Assembly: GCA_019828565.1 (NCBI GenBank)
Contig: JAHDYR010000069.1
Location: forward strand, 310,001 to 374,000
Direction: 5' to 3'
DNA length: 64,000 bases
From: Carpediemonas membranifera BICM
Taxonomy: Eukaryota; Protista; Fornicata
Part shown: piece by piece, positions 40,875 to 51,069 of the stretch
Layout: each line of letters starts with the position of its first letter
Numbering within the stretch: the stretch's first letter is position 1
Made by a program: the position numbers and the translations under genes
Notes under the pieces: model-generated
What the model was told of the DNA's origin: nothing
Databases searched by the model: none
Seen by the model: the letters and a program-made list of their open reading frames with translations, nothing else

Positions 40875-41855
40875 TTACACAACCACTGCGTGGACACGGA
40901 TGTAGCCCGCCCCGTCGGCTACGATAATCCGCTCGCTGGACTCAGTGAAGGTCAAACCCCAGACACCCTTCGTCCCGTCCTCAATGGAGGCCAGCATGTC
41001 GCCGTTAGAAGCATCCCAGATGATCACCTGGCCTGTGGCGTCGCCCGTGGCGATGTACTGGCCGTTGGGGGACCAAGCACAGGAGTAGATGGACGACCGG
41101 TGGCCGTTGAGTGTGGCAACTACCGCTCCGTCATGTGAGTCGAATATTACACCCACCCCGTTGTCCGCGGCGGTCAGGAGGCGCGTGTTATCAGCCGAGA
41201 AACAGAGCGCCCGGACAGTAACGTTGTGGGCGGCGGTGGAGAACTTCCGCACCCACGAGGAGTCGCCCTGCTCGAACACAACTACTTGCCCATCAGCGCC
41301 ACCAAGGGCGAGGAGGCCGGTCTGGGCGAGGGCGGCGCAGCGGACAGAGGCGAGGGGCGTCTGGAGGGACTGGAGCTCGGTGGCAGTGTCGCCCGCCTTC
41401 TTGGGAAGCTCTACCACTCTCACCCCGCCCTTCTTGGTGCCGATGATGGCCTTACCTGTTACGTCGACACAAAGGGTCCAGCCACAGTCGCGGGTCGTCT
41501 CAGAGCAGGAGTTGTACGCGGGCAGGTTTTCCATGAGGGACTCTTGGGACGCACAGAGGGCGTCGGGGGCGTCGGGGTTGAGCGAGAAAGAACGGACATA
41601 GCCGTCAAGGCCAAGAGTCATCGCCCGGGCTCCGGAGGTGTCCTTTGCCAGGCACAGCTGGCATGCATTGATGCCAAGCATATGTACAGAGGCCTTGGTT
41701 CCCATTATTGGGGCCATAAGGCTGTGTTCTTCGTCCCAATTCCAAACTTTGACGTTGTTCCCGGCATCGGCGGTGAGCAGATGGCCCTTACGGTAGTCAA
41801 GGCACCAAATAGCAGCTGGATGAGCATTCTCCACCTTGCAAACTGCCGTAGACAT
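40875..41855 (-). CDS. WDR61: WD40 protein, Ski8/WDR61-like
   Basis: N-terminal KVENAHPAAIWCLDY; WD repeats HNVTVRALCFS, GHRSSIYSCAWSPNG..IWD. Confidence 0.75.
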   Translation of the reverse strand: MSTAVCKVENAHPAAIWCLDYRKGHLLTADAGNNVKVWNWDEEHSLMAPIMGTKASVHMLGINACQLCLAKDTSGARAMTLGLDGYVRSFSLNPDAPDALCASQESLMENLPAYNSCSETTRDCGWTLCVDVTGKAIIGTKKGGVRVVELPKKAGDTATELQSLQTPLASVRCAALAQTGLLALGGADGQVVVFEQGDSSWVRKFSTAAHNVTVRALCFSADNTRLLTAADNGVGVIFDSHDGAVVATLNGHRSSIYSCAWSPNGQYIATGDATGQVIIWDASNGDMLASIEDGTKGVWGLTFTESSERIIVADGAGYIRVHAVVV

Positions 41856-42007
41856 CCTGGATATCGAATAGCAGTGCTCAGAGAATTGTGCGCAAATCTG
41901 CCAAAACTAATTCTATGGTGCAAAGCCTCAAAGAGGCCACAGCACACCTTCTGCCATGGCCATCGCAGACACGCATGAATCCTAATTGCCTATTTTTAAT
42001 CCCCGCT

Positions 42008-45000
42008 TTAAGCGAGCTTCTCCTTTCCGCTGAGGTCAATGACTCTAGCCGGGTCGAATTCCATCAATATCTCCTCGTCCATCGCCGTAGACTCGCCCTG
42101 CAGGAGTCTGGCCGTCACCTCGCCCAGCCCGGGGGCCATCATGAAACCGTGGCCCGAGAGCCCGACGATGTGGGCGAGCCCGTTGATGTGGCTGTCCCAA
42201 CCGACGTACGGGTTGCCGTCAGCCGACTGCGGGTAGAGCCCGCGCCACACCCGTCGGACGTGGATGGGGCCGAGGCGGGGCAGCAGTGTGAGCATGCGCT
42301 GGGCGACAGCAGGAAGGAAGGACGACGTCTCCTGGGTCGCCCAGCCCTTCACGGGCGGGTCGGGCGTGGCGCAGAAGACAATTTGACCCAGAGAGTTCTG
42401 GTAGAAGTAGTAAGAAGACGTGCCAGTCTCGGGCGAGGGCGTGTTGTCGATGACCATGGGCGAGAACAGGCCCCCGTGGACGGGTTCAGTGATGCCGGCC
42501 TCGTGGGAGTCGGGGACCATCGCCAGCTGACACTCGTCGGGCAGAATGAGGTTGGCGTTGGCGCCCAGGCAGTTGACGACGACGGGGGCGAGGTAGCGCT
42601 CGTTGTTGGCGGTGAGAACACCGACGACGTGCTTCTCGTCGTCCACGAGGATCTTGGCGACTGGCGTGTTGAAGATGAACTCGACGCCCTCAGCTTCATT
42701 GGCCACGCGGTGGGCGCTGGCTGCGAAGAGCAGGGGAGAGCAGCTGCCGTCCGCGGGAGAGTAGAGCCCGCCGAGCAGCTTAGCCACCTTGATGCCGGGG
42801 ACGAGGGCCTGCACCTCCTTGGGCGCGATGAACGCCGTGTCGTAGCCGTAGCTGGCGTGCACGGCGCTCAGATCGCGCAGGGTCTGTTCCTGCTCGGGTG
42901 TGTACGCCACGAAGAGGTAGCCGCCCTGCTTCCACTCGATGTCGTCCTGGGTCTCGAAGCGCCAGCTGCGGAACATCTCGAGGGATCGTTGCATCACGTG
43001 CATCTTGGCCAGTGAGGACATGCAGCCGCGGACACCACCGATGGCGTGCTTGACGTCGCCCTGGCCTGGGCCGGGGTTAATGTCGAGGACGGTAACCCTC
43101 TTCTTGCCCGTCCGCACGTCGTCAGACTTGGAGAGGGCGAGGGCCAGACCCAGACCGACTGCACCAGCCCCGAGGATGACGATGTCCGAGGCGTTCGTCG
43201 TGACGGGCCGCATCCGGTCGACATGGAGCCGCAGGGGGGAGAAGAGGTGGCTGTTGGCGGCCGGGGCGACGGGGTGGGCCTGGGCGGTGGCGAGGGTTGA
43301 GAAGGGGACCTCGACGAATAGGGGCCGCATGGTGGCGGGGGTCACGCGGTCAAAGGGCATGCCCTCAGATGCGAAGATGCGGGGGAGCAGCACGCGGCAG
43401 GTCTTCGAGCCACAGGCTCCCATCCCCGCGCGGGTGATGGCCTTGACGAAGTTCTGGTCCCAAATACCGGCCTCCTTGGCCGTCCGGATCGCGTCCCGCA
43501 GCTCGTGCACGGTGACCCGCTCGCACCGGCAGACGATGGCAGTGTCCTCGAGCGGGACGACGCACGAGGCGCTGCTGACAAGGTGTGGTTTCGGGACAGA
43601 CACCCTGAGCGAGGCGACGGACGGAGCGAGCGTCTTGGGTACCTTAACCCGCACCAGCCTCGTGCCAGGAGCCCCGGGGGCGGGCTGGACGCGCTGGACC
43701 TCCCAGAGACCCTCAGCGTCGTCCGGGTTGTGTACAACATCGCCCAGATCGGACATAAGCTGCACTTTCATGCCTGCAGCCACCTCGGTGCCGGTGGAGT
43801 ACTCAGCGAACAGCTCGTGTGCCATGATGACAGTTGGGTAGTCAGCGTCCTTGCGGGAGTCCACCAGGGTGATTGCCAGGCCGGGACAGAGAGAGACGCA
43901 CTTGAGGCAGCCGCGGCAGGCGTTCTTGAAGCCTTGGTCGACTGCGTACATCGGGATGCCAGTCAGAGAATGGTTCATAAGGCCGATACAGCCGTCAGGG
44001 CAGGAGCTCTCGCACGAGTTGCACGCGATCTCCTGGTTGCAGTGGAAGTACGGCCGGATCGTCCCAGCTTTCACTGGCGGGTGGACCCTGGTGTGCGTCT
44101 TGCCCGGCCGGGACTTAAGCACGGCGATCTTGGCCTCCCACCCGCTGCTGTCGACTGAGGATGTGTCGACCCCGAGGTGCTTGGCGATGTCGAGGGCTGA
44201 GCTTCGGCCGGTAAGCATCGCGGCGGAGGCCTCGGCGATCTCCTTGGCGTCACCAGCGCTGAAGACCGTAAGACCGTACTCCTTGGCCTTGCCGAAGAAC
44301 TCGTCGACGGGGGAGAGTCCGATGGCGACGAGCACGGCGTCCACGTCCACCGTCCGCTTCGTGTCCATCTTCACCTTCCAGTTGTCGTCGAGCTCTGCGA
44401 TGGTGGCCGACCGGACCCGAGACTCGGAGTCCTGGTCGTCAAGGGGGATGACTCCGTGGGAGTCGTGCTCGTTAGCCGCGACGATGGTGTGTCGCGTGAG
44501 GATGGGGACGCCCAGCCGCTTGATGCGGTCAGCGTGGACCTTGAACCCGCCGATCTCCGGCGCCCCTTCGAGCACGGCGACGACTTCGATTCCCGCTTGT
44601 ATAGCCTGGTAGGCGGTGATCACGCCGACGTTTCCTCCCCCAACGACGAGCACTCTTCGGGCAATGCGGGTGAGGTCGCGGTTCATGATTGTCTGGACGG
44701 CCCCGGCGCCGTATACCCCGGGTAGCGCGTTGCCTGCGAACAGGAGCTGTTTCTCGCGGGCTCCTGCGGCAACTAGGAGAGTTTTGGGGCGAACGAGATG
44801 ATACTGGTGCTTCCGGACCACTCCGACGATTCCATCGGAAAACACACCGATAGCGGTCGCCTCAAGCCAGACGTTGATATGTTCGCACTTCTCGAGCTCG
44901 CTCTCAAGTATCTCGGCGATGGTGTAGCCCCTGGTACCTGCGTACGTCTCCTGCTTGGTGCCGAAGAACTTGTGGGTCTGGAGCGAGAGCTTGCCGCCCA

Positions 45001-45580
45001 GCCGGTCCTTGTCGTCGATGAGAACGCACTCGACGCCGAGCTCGTTGAGTTGGATGGCCGCGCTGATGCCAGCCGGCCCCCCGCCGATGATGAGGCAAGT
45101 CGTCTCAACCACGTCAGTCTTTGGCTCAGGCACGTCTACCTCGCTCGAGAGGAGGTTCTTCCCAGAGACAACACGCATGCCCTCTTCTAAGGGGGTGACG
45201 CAGCTCTTTCTCATCCGTCCGTCGATACGAACCAGGCATTGAGAGCACTGGCCATTAACACAGAACGGAGAGAGCGCGCTGTGGTCCTTATGATGGTGGT
45301 CGAGGACGTCAATGCCATTGGCGAGCAGGGCGGTGCTGACAGCCTCCCCCTCGAAGCCCTGAAGCCGCTGAGAGTTAAAGGTGAATGAGACTTGCTTCTT
45401 CTTGGTGCCCTGAACGATTGGGTGGTGTATTATCCGCGATGAACTCCTTGGCGCTGTCCCGAGTGTGTCTTCGATGTCGGGAATACCCGCAGAGCGCCCT
45501 GCACTAGAGCGCTTCCCATGATGAGCATCAAGAGAGTCAATAAGGTTGCTATTGTTCAGCAATTGTTCTTCGGTGGGCAT
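42008..45580 (-). CDS. Fused sarcosine oxidase / dye-linked proline dehydrogenase-like protein (2Fe-2S, FAD/NAD, 2x4Fe-4S, BFD-like 2Fe-2S, DAO)
   Basis: FCVNGQCSQC..KSC; IIGGGPAG; VVGGGNVG; CNQEIACNSCESSCP and CRGCLKCVSLCPG; VCRCE..GMGACGSKTC; ILGAGAVG..WRGLY..GLSGHGFM. Confidence 0.9.
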   Translation of the reverse strand: MPTEEQLLNNSNLIDSLDAHHGKRSSAGRSAGIPDIEDTLGTAPRSSSRIIHHPIVQGTKKKQVSFTFNSQRLQGFEGEAVSTALLANGIDVLDHHHKDHSALSPFCVNGQCSQCLVRIDGRMRKSCVTPLEEGMRVVSGKNLLSSEVDVPEPKTDVVETTCLIIGGGPAGISAAIQLNELGVECVLIDDKDRLGGKLSLQTHKFFGTKQETYAGTRGYTIAEILESELEKCEHINVWLEATAIGVFSDGIVGVVRKHQYHLVRPKTLLVAAGAREKQLLFAGNALPGVYGAGAVQTIMNRDLTRIARRVLVVGGGNVGVITAYQAIQAGIEVVAVLEGAPEIGGFKVHADRIKRLGVPILTRHTIVAANEHDSHGVIPLDDQDSESRVRSATIAELDDNWKVKMDTKRTVDVDAVLVAIGLSPVDEFFGKAKEYGLTVFSAGDAKEIAEASAAMLTGRSSALDIAKHLGVDTSSVDSSGWEAKIAVLKSRPGKTHTRVHPPVKAGTIRPYFHCNQEIACNSCESSCPDGCIGLMNHSLTGIPMYAVDQGFKNACRGCLKCVSLCPGLAITLVDSRKDADYPTVIMAHELFAEYSTGTEVAAGMKVQLMSDLGDVVHNPDDAEGLWEVQRVQPAPGAPGTRLVRVKVPKTLAPSVASLRVSVPKPHLVSSASCVVPLEDTAIVCRCERVTVHELRDAIRTAKEAGIWDQNFVKAITRAGMGACGSKTCRVLLPRIFASEGMPFDRVTPATMRPLFVEVPFSTLATAQAHPVAPAANSHLFSPLRLHVDRMRPVTTNASDIVILGAGAVGLGLALALSKSDDVRTGKKRVTVLDINPGPGQGDVKHAIGGVRGCMSSLAKMHVMQRSLEMFRSWRFETQDDIEWKQGGYLFVAYTPEQEQTLRDLSAVHASYGYDTAFIAPKEVQALVPGIKVAKLLGGLYSPADGSCSPLLFAASAHRVANEAEGVEFIFNTPVAKILVDDEKHVVGVLTANNERYLAPVVVNCLGANANLILPDECQLAMVPDSHEAGITEPVHGGLFSPMVIDNTPSPETGTSSYYFYQNSLGQIVFCATPDPPVKGWATQETSSFLPAVAQRMLTLLPRLGPIHVRRVWRGLYPQSADGNPYVGWDSHINGLAHIVGLSGHGFMMAPGLGEVTARLLQGESTAMDEEILMEFDPARVIDLSGKEKLA

Positions 45581-45967
45581 GCTTCCTGAACCTGCTGGTT
45601 GTTGGCTGACACGTGTTGTGACGTGGATCGCGATTCGCTCCAATTCGCAGGTTAATGCAAATCGCGCTGAGGGCAACTGCCGGGTCTACAACGCCTCAGC
45701 AGGCGCCGGTGACCGCTCCTACTAATATCCCCCCTCCCGCTGACACCGCGGTCGCCCAGACCGTGAACCCGAGTCAGAGTTTGATGTTTGATGTGTCGTC
45801 TCCTCCTCCCGGTGACACAGTGGTGTCGCTCTGGCTGTGGACTTGAGTCAGTCGGACGTGCCGGCCTACATACTTCCTTGCGTTGTATGTAGATGTGGTC
45901 AGTTAGCCTGTTGCTCGGGTGGTTAACAAGGGATAGGGATTATAAAATGACTTTCTGCAAATCGCGT

Positions 45968-46011
45968 TGTGCTATTGAAGGGTCGAACAATGTGTTTTAT
46001 ACTGCGCAACA
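45968..46011. mobile_element. 44-bp TGT...ACA mini-element (family B) with 5-bp TSD CGCGT
   Basis: CGCGT at 45963-45967 and 46012-46016 flank TGTGCTATTG...CTGCGCAACA; homologous to the 35328 and 35370 repeats. Confidence 0.75.
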
Positions 46012-46143
46012 CGCGTATTCAACACCTCGAAGTGGCTGATGCCAGTTGTCAATGGCCGACTGTCTGTGGCTCCGCTGGGACAGCACCACAGCCATCACCT
46101 AACCCGCCAATCACCATGCAATGCAGTTTATCCACCCCACGCC

Positions 46144-47160
46144 TTACTTCCCCGCTTGCCTGGTCCTGCTCTGCCCCGTGATGTCCGCGGCGATCTTGTC
46201 GAGCCGGGCCTCTCCTTCAGCCAGCATAAGCCCCATCCTCGCCTCAAACTCGGCGATGGTCGTCCCTGCTTCCGCTGGGAGGTCGTCACCAATACTTTCT
46301 TCTTCTTCGTCTTCCTCGACCGCGTTGTCACCACTTGACGCAACATCCCTTGGGTCTCTCCCATTGTACAGAATCAACCCGGGCAGAGTCTTCAAGACCT
46401 GGGCAATGAAGTCTGGGCTATCAGCGTTCTTATTCCCGCTGAGATTGAGGAAAAGAAGAGTGTCAGAGAGCTGAGTGAGGTCCACAGAGGCTGGATCGAG
46501 GCAATCTAGGCGATTATCCGTAGCAAGGAGGGTCTGCAGGTGCTCCATTCCCCCAAGCTTACCTGTTATCGACGTGAGTTTGTTCTGGGAAACATCCAGA
46601 TGCCTGATGCTATTCAGGGACTCGATGCTGTCCAGCGTAGTGAGTTCGTTGAACTGGAGGTTGACTGTCCGCGCCTCACTGCATACCTCTATGCCTGACA
46701 GAGTGATCAGACCGCATCTGTCGAGATTCAACCGTTCGAGCTTGAATAGCTTCGTGACAAGCAGTTCTTGTTCCTCCTCGGTTGGTGAGCCTGGAGAGGC
46801 TGACTTGGGTGCTGGCTTGGCACCGCGAGAGGCCGCTGAGCCTGTGGCCGAGCCTGCAGGGCGTTTGGTGGGCGCTGGAGTCGGTTTGGCCGGGGCTCTG
46901 GAGGAGATGGGCTGGCGTGTCGCTGATGGCCGTGTGCCGGCTACCGGCTTCCTCGCTGTAGTTGATCTGGCAGTAGTTGCTGCCCCAACTGCTTTTTTAG
47001 CGCCAGGAGCTGGCCTGGCAGCGGGTTTCGTACCAGGTCCAGATGCTGCCTTTGGCGCCTGTTTACGGACAGGTGCAGGTTCAGCAGGCATGCATTTCTC
47101 TTTCAAAAGTTGAATGGTTACTCTAGTTTCGCTCTTATCCTCTCTGATTTCAGGATTCAT
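46144..47160 (-). CDS. SDS22-like leucine-rich repeat protein (LRRC46-like)
   Basis: LERLNLDRCGL, VNLQFNEL, LDVSQNKL, LNLSGN..VLKTLPGLILYNG cap; ATG 47160. Confidence 0.75.
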   Translation of the reverse strand: MNPEIREDKSETRVTIQLLKEKCMPAEPAPVRKQAPKAASGPGTKPAARPAPGAKKAVGAATTARSTTARKPVAGTRPSATRQPISSRAPAKPTPAPTKRPAGSATGSAASRGAKPAPKSASPGSPTEEEQELLVTKLFKLERLNLDRCGLITLSGIEVCSEARTVNLQFNELTTLDSIESLNSIRHLDVSQNKLTSITGKLGGMEHLQTLLATDNRLDCLDPASVDLTQLSDTLLFLNLSGNKNADSPDFIAQVLKTLPGLILYNGRDPRDVASSGDNAVEEDEEEESIGDDLPAEAGTTIAEFEARMGLMLAEGEARLDKIAADITGQSRTRQAGK

Positions 47161-47302
47161 CGCATATAGGAAACAGTGCAGTTTATTTCTGAAACTCGTA
47201 ACTCGAGTCAGAAGAATGCTAGCTGTCCCAGGAGACGCCTGATGCGATACTAGGTTGCATAGGAAATGATTGAGGTGAGACGGGTTAAAGTGCACAACGA
47301 CG

Positions 47303-48937
47303 ATGGAGCTTATTGGCGAGATCCAAACGGGACAGAGCGAAGTACTCTTCCCGGTATGCGCTCCACATATGGATCTATTGGCATTTATCACCAAGCACGG
47401 TGAGAGCTATTTTCTTTCGATCTATCGATCCACTGACCAAGAGCGCATTATTGACAGGCGCATCTCGAAAGATGCTGAGCCATCTGCACTTATATGGGCT
47501 TCTTCTGGCCAGTCGGTAGTTATTGGCTTCGAGGACGGCACCATTTGCCAAGTGGACATCCAATCTGTCGACACGACCATCGAGCCGCTCAAGGCTGTTG
47601 ACGGGCCTGTAAGCCAGCTCGCATGGATCGAAATGAAGCCTCCTACTGTCATTGTTCTCTCCGAGTTCGGCTCAGTCGCCATTGTGCTGGGATGCAGTCG
47701 AATTTTCAGCCAAACCGACCTGCCAACGCTCATTGGATCAGAGTTCCTGGCCGCCACGGAGAGCTCGATCATTGCCAGGTGCGGCCCGGCTATCCTGGAG
47801 GTAGACTTGTCCGCCGTGCCCAAGACCGGCTCGGCGGGCCCGATTATTCACCGAAGAGCAACCGCGGCGAGGAGCATTGGAAAGAGGATGGCCGAGACTC
47901 TGGAGCACAGCATGAAGTTGGTCCAGGGGGTCAATGAATCTATAATGTCAGTGTTCACAGCACTCGATAAAGATTCGGCACCTCTGCCGGATCAGATCCT
48001 CGATCTAGCCACCACCGGCCCCCGAAACCCAACCACGGAGCAATTCATCGCCAAGGACCTCATCCCAAGCCGGTGCGAGCGGCTGGCGGAGACTGTCGAT
48101 CCGATCCTCCGCGCCCTGGCCGACAGCATCGCCCACACGATCCCCCAGGCGACGGCCATCAGCGGCATGGTCGGTGAGGCGGCTGCTGCTGCTTCAGCCG
48201 AGTCTGGGGCGAGTCAACAGGCCCTGAGCGGGGCAGACGGGCTCGTGCGGTCGACTATGGTCGTCTCCCAGTTGACTGCTTCATTCGCCCGGTCAGTGTG
48301 CGAAGTTTGCCGATTTATCGCGGATCTTCCGTTCATGTATATCGAGTCCACGGTAGCGGCCAAGGAGTCCCGGGACTGGACCCCCTCTGTTGTCTACCAG
48401 TTCTTCCTCCACGACGGTTACGAATCTGTTTTCAAGAGCTTACTCGAGTCTGGAGATTTCGTCCAGGGCAAATATTCCGGATTGTTCGGGGATGCACTTG
48501 CTTACATCGCGACGAGTCCGGTTCCTCTGTATCGCGCCATCGAGGGTCTGGCCGACACTTTCAACTCATATTTCGACTCAATCCCGAAATCCGGACTTGG
48601 GCTGAGAGTATCTAAGATCTCCAGTGTATCTGAAGATTCGCACGTGATAGTTTCCGACAACTCCATGACAACTGTTTCCGGCACTTCAGTTCATATGCCG
48701 GAATGCCAGGCCACTCTGCCGAGTCCCGCCACTCTTGTCGGTCCAATCGGATCAGATTCTATCGTAGCCATCCTTGACAGCGGCCGCATTGTCACCGTCA
48801 ATGAGGACGGCGACGTGTCTCCCGTCGACCTCGAGGGCATCGAGGTCACTGCCGTGGCAGGGCTGGTCACCTCAGCGGGCAGGGGACTTGCTGCTGTGGT
48901 CGCCAAGGGCCGTGTGGTGATGCTGGAGGCCGAGTGA
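47303..48937 (+). CDS. APC4: Anaphase-promoting complex subunit 4-like
   Basis: ANAPC4-type N-terminus CAPHMDLLAF...SALIWASSGQSVVIGFEDG..VDIQS, helical middle, C-terminal propeller strands (SAGRGLAAV). Confidence 0.65.
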   Translation: MELIGEIQTGQSEVLFPVCAPHMDLLAFITKHGESYFLSIYRSTDQERIIDRRISKDAEPSALIWASSGQSVVIGFEDGTICQVDIQSVDTTIEPLKAVDGPVSQLAWIEMKPPTVIVLSEFGSVAIVLGCSRIFSQTDLPTLIGSEFLAATESSIIARCGPAILEVDLSAVPKTGSAGPIIHRRATAARSIGKRMAETLEHSMKLVQGVNESIMSVFTALDKDSAPLPDQILDLATTGPRNPTTEQFIAKDLIPSRCERLAETVDPILRALADSIAHTIPQATAISGMVGEAAAAASAESGASQQALSGADGLVRSTMVVSQLTASFARSVCEVCRFIADLPFMYIESTVAAKESRDWTPSVVYQFFLHDGYESVFKSLLESGDFVQGKYSGLFGDALAYIATSPVPLYRAIEGLADTFNSYFDSIPKSGLGLRVSKISSVSEDSHVIVSDNSMTTVSGTSVHMPECQATLPSPATLVGPIGSDSIVAILDSGRIVTVNEDGDVSPVDLEGIEVTAVAGLVTSAGRGLAAVVAKGRVVMLEAE

Positions 48938-49035
48938 GCCGCTCGTATTTGAGACCATAGACTTGACATAAATTTTTACCGATTCCTCGCCCAGTTGTCC
49001 TGCAGCTCCATGTTTACGATAATATGCCTCCGCGC

Positions 49036-49473
49036 TCACTGCTCCTCATACCACTCCGCCTCGTCATCAATGACCCTCGTACGTCGCCCCACTCTACTCA
49101 GCAACTCCTCTCGGAACTCGATCGCGGCGCCTCGGCTCTTGGTGCTCGTACGGTAGGACTGGTCCTTCACTAGGGCTGGAGGCTCACCGGGGCCTGGCAT
49201 GGGGGCACTGCAAAACAGGCAGGGGCCGCTGACCCAGCCGTTGTTCGTCTGGCCAGTGCAGCAGACAAGGCCGCAGTTGCAGCACATGGCGATCTCCTCC
49301 GTATTCCCTATGTGAACAAGATCGTGCTTCGTCCCGTTGCAGTTGCAGTAGTGCTTGCCATGAGTCTCAACGCTCATAGCTTGGACCTCAGCAATCGACA
49401 TCTTGGTTGTGTGATCATAATCAAATGTACCCTCTATTTGTGTCTTCTTGAACTTCTTCCGCTTCGATCCCAT
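49036..49473 (-). CDS. TRIP4: TRIP4/ASC-1/Rqt4-like C2HC5 zinc-finger protein
   Basis: CNCNGTKH...CCNCGLVCC...GPCLFC and C-terminal RTRVIDDEAEWY. Confidence 0.8.
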   Translation of the reverse strand: MGSKRKKFKKTQIEGTFDYDHTTKMSIAEVQAMSVETHGKHYCNCNGTKHDLVHIGNTEEIAMCCNCGLVCCTGQTNNGWVSGPCLFCSAPMPGPGEPPALVKDQSYRTSTKSRGAAIEFREELLSRVGRRTRVIDDEAEWYEEQ

Positions 49474-49520
49474 CGTTTTCTCCACTCTCGTTTGGTGATA
49501 TAAACTGCACTTTGCGAGAT

Positions 49521-49583
49521 TGAGGTCTCGATACAACAAGAGTCCTACTTTACTGCTTGCACTGTGCACTCTATGATACTTCA
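49521..49583. mobile_element. 63-bp TG...CA mini-element (family A, copy 2) with 5-bp TSD GAGAT
   Basis: GAGAT at 49516-49520 and 49584-49588; differs from copy 1 by 3 substitutions and 1 indel. Confidence 0.85.
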
Positions 49584-49677
49584 GAGATGCTATCCCCACA
49601 CTTGCCGCACTCTCCAAGCTCCCAGCGCCCCGAACAGTATTTATACACATCCATACATACAATAAACTCCCCGGCCC

Positions 49678-51069
49678 TCATTCGGCGGGGATGCTCTGAG
49701 CCGGCTCCTGCGGCACGGCGGGGTACACGAGCTCGTTACGGCCGCCCTCCCGTCCTGGCTGGCCGAAGGGGTTGGTCTCCGGACTGGGGTTGGCTGTCCA
49801 GTCGACGTGGAACTCGGTATCCGCGGATGTGGCGAACCCCTCGGCGTCCTGGGCTGTGGGGCTCTTGACCGGTGTGCTGTAGTAGTCGATGTCGCCCGCC
49901 TTGTCGGAGGCGTGACCAGAGTCGCTGTCCGAGTCGCTGATGTGTTCCTCGGAGACTGATGAGGCAGAGCTTCCGGCCTCGAGGTCCTCACGGCTCTCGA
50001 GCTGCTTCTTCTTCTTTTCTTCCTTGAGGACACGGTCGATTTGGAACTTGACGACAAGACTCGCCCCAATCGCCATGACGATGGAGAAGACCACGCCTAT
50101 GACCATGATGGCTGTTTGGATAACACCGCCGTCCGTGAGATTGCCGGAGATGACCTTGGCGAGAGAAGAGGCCGTGCTGCCGAAGTAGACGTAGAACGAC
50201 TCCTCGGGGAGCAGGACAGTGGCCGTGGCGAGGAGGAAGTGCCAGTACTTGACGCCAGAGACCGAGAGCATGTACGTGACGAGGACGATGGGCAGGAGCG
50301 GGCACAGGCGCAGCATGATCGCAATCTTGAAGCTGGAGCGCTTCACAGCAGTCTCGAGTGCGTGGAAGAACTTGTTGTCCTTGAACTTCTTGCGCATGGA
50401 ACGTGCAAGAACGTAACGGGCAAGGAAGAAAGAGCCGGACGAGCCGATGATGTGGGAGATGTGACCGGCGATGATACCCTTCCAGAAGCCGAGCAGGAAG
50501 CCAGCGAAGGTGAGGGTGAACGTGGGCGGGATGGAGACAAAACAGGTAGCGATCTGGAAGAAAAAGAAGAAAAATGGTGCCCACCAGCCAAGGCTCTGGA
50601 TGAATCCGAACACAGCCTCCCACACACTCGAAGGGATGAGATAAAAGCCGAGCAAAACGGCGCCCACAACAAGGAGGATGAGGATACCCTTGCATATGGT
50701 CTTGGGGTTGGTAAGTACGCGGATCCAGTGCTTCTTCTTGGTGATGTGCTCCACTGTGTCCAGGTCGTACTCTTCAATGAGGTTTGCTGCGCCCGCAAGC
50801 CTGAGCGCGACGTCCCCAGTGGTGTCGACAACAAGCTGGCTCGCTTCAGCGGTTGGATCGGTGCCGTCATCGCCATGTACAATGCCTCTAGAGATTCGCA
50901 TCAGGGTTTCAAGCCGCTGGAGATGAGGCAGGGAAGGCAAAGAACGGTGACTGTTCAAATTCAGCCTCGTTTCCGCCTGATCCGCGTCGTCTTCGAGCGG
51001 TGAGTCCAATGACCTATGTATTTCCATCGGATCAGGCTTATTAGCAACCACGGAGTCGTTATCTGACAT
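49678..51069 (-). CDS. TVP38: TVP38/TMEM64 (VTT/DedA, SNARE-associated) membrane protein
   Basis: Multiple TM helices; AGFLLGFWKG, GSSGSFFLARY, MLRLCPLLP, YVYFGS. Confidence 0.85.
   Translation of the reverse strand: MSDNDSVVANKPDPMEIHRSLDSPLEDDADQAETRLNLNSHRSLPSLPHLQRLETLMRISRGIVHGDDGTDPTAEASQLVVDTTGDVALRLAGAANLIEEYDLDTVEHITKKKHWIRVLTNPKTICKGILILLVVGAVLLGFYLIPSSVWEAVFGFIQSLGWWAPFFFFFFQIATCFVSIPPTFTLTFAGFLLGFWKGIIAGHISHIIGSSGSFFLARYVLARSMRKKFKDNKFFHALETAVKRSSFKIAIMLRLCPLLPIVLVTYMLSVSGVKYWHFLLATATVLLPEESFYVYFGSTASSLAKVISGNLTDGGVIQTAIMVIGVVFSIVMAIGASLVVKFQIDRVLKEEKKKKQLESREDLEAGSSASSVSEEHISDSDSDSGHASDKAGDIDYYSTPVKSPTAQDAEGFATSADTEFHVDWTANPSPETNPFGQPGREGGRNELVYPAVPQEPAQSIPAE

Noticed and set aside
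35370-46011. 10.6-kb transposon bounded by inverted copies of the family-B repeat
   Set aside because: No shared TSD at the outer ends, the interior is ordinary host genes, and the 45968 copy has its own TSD.
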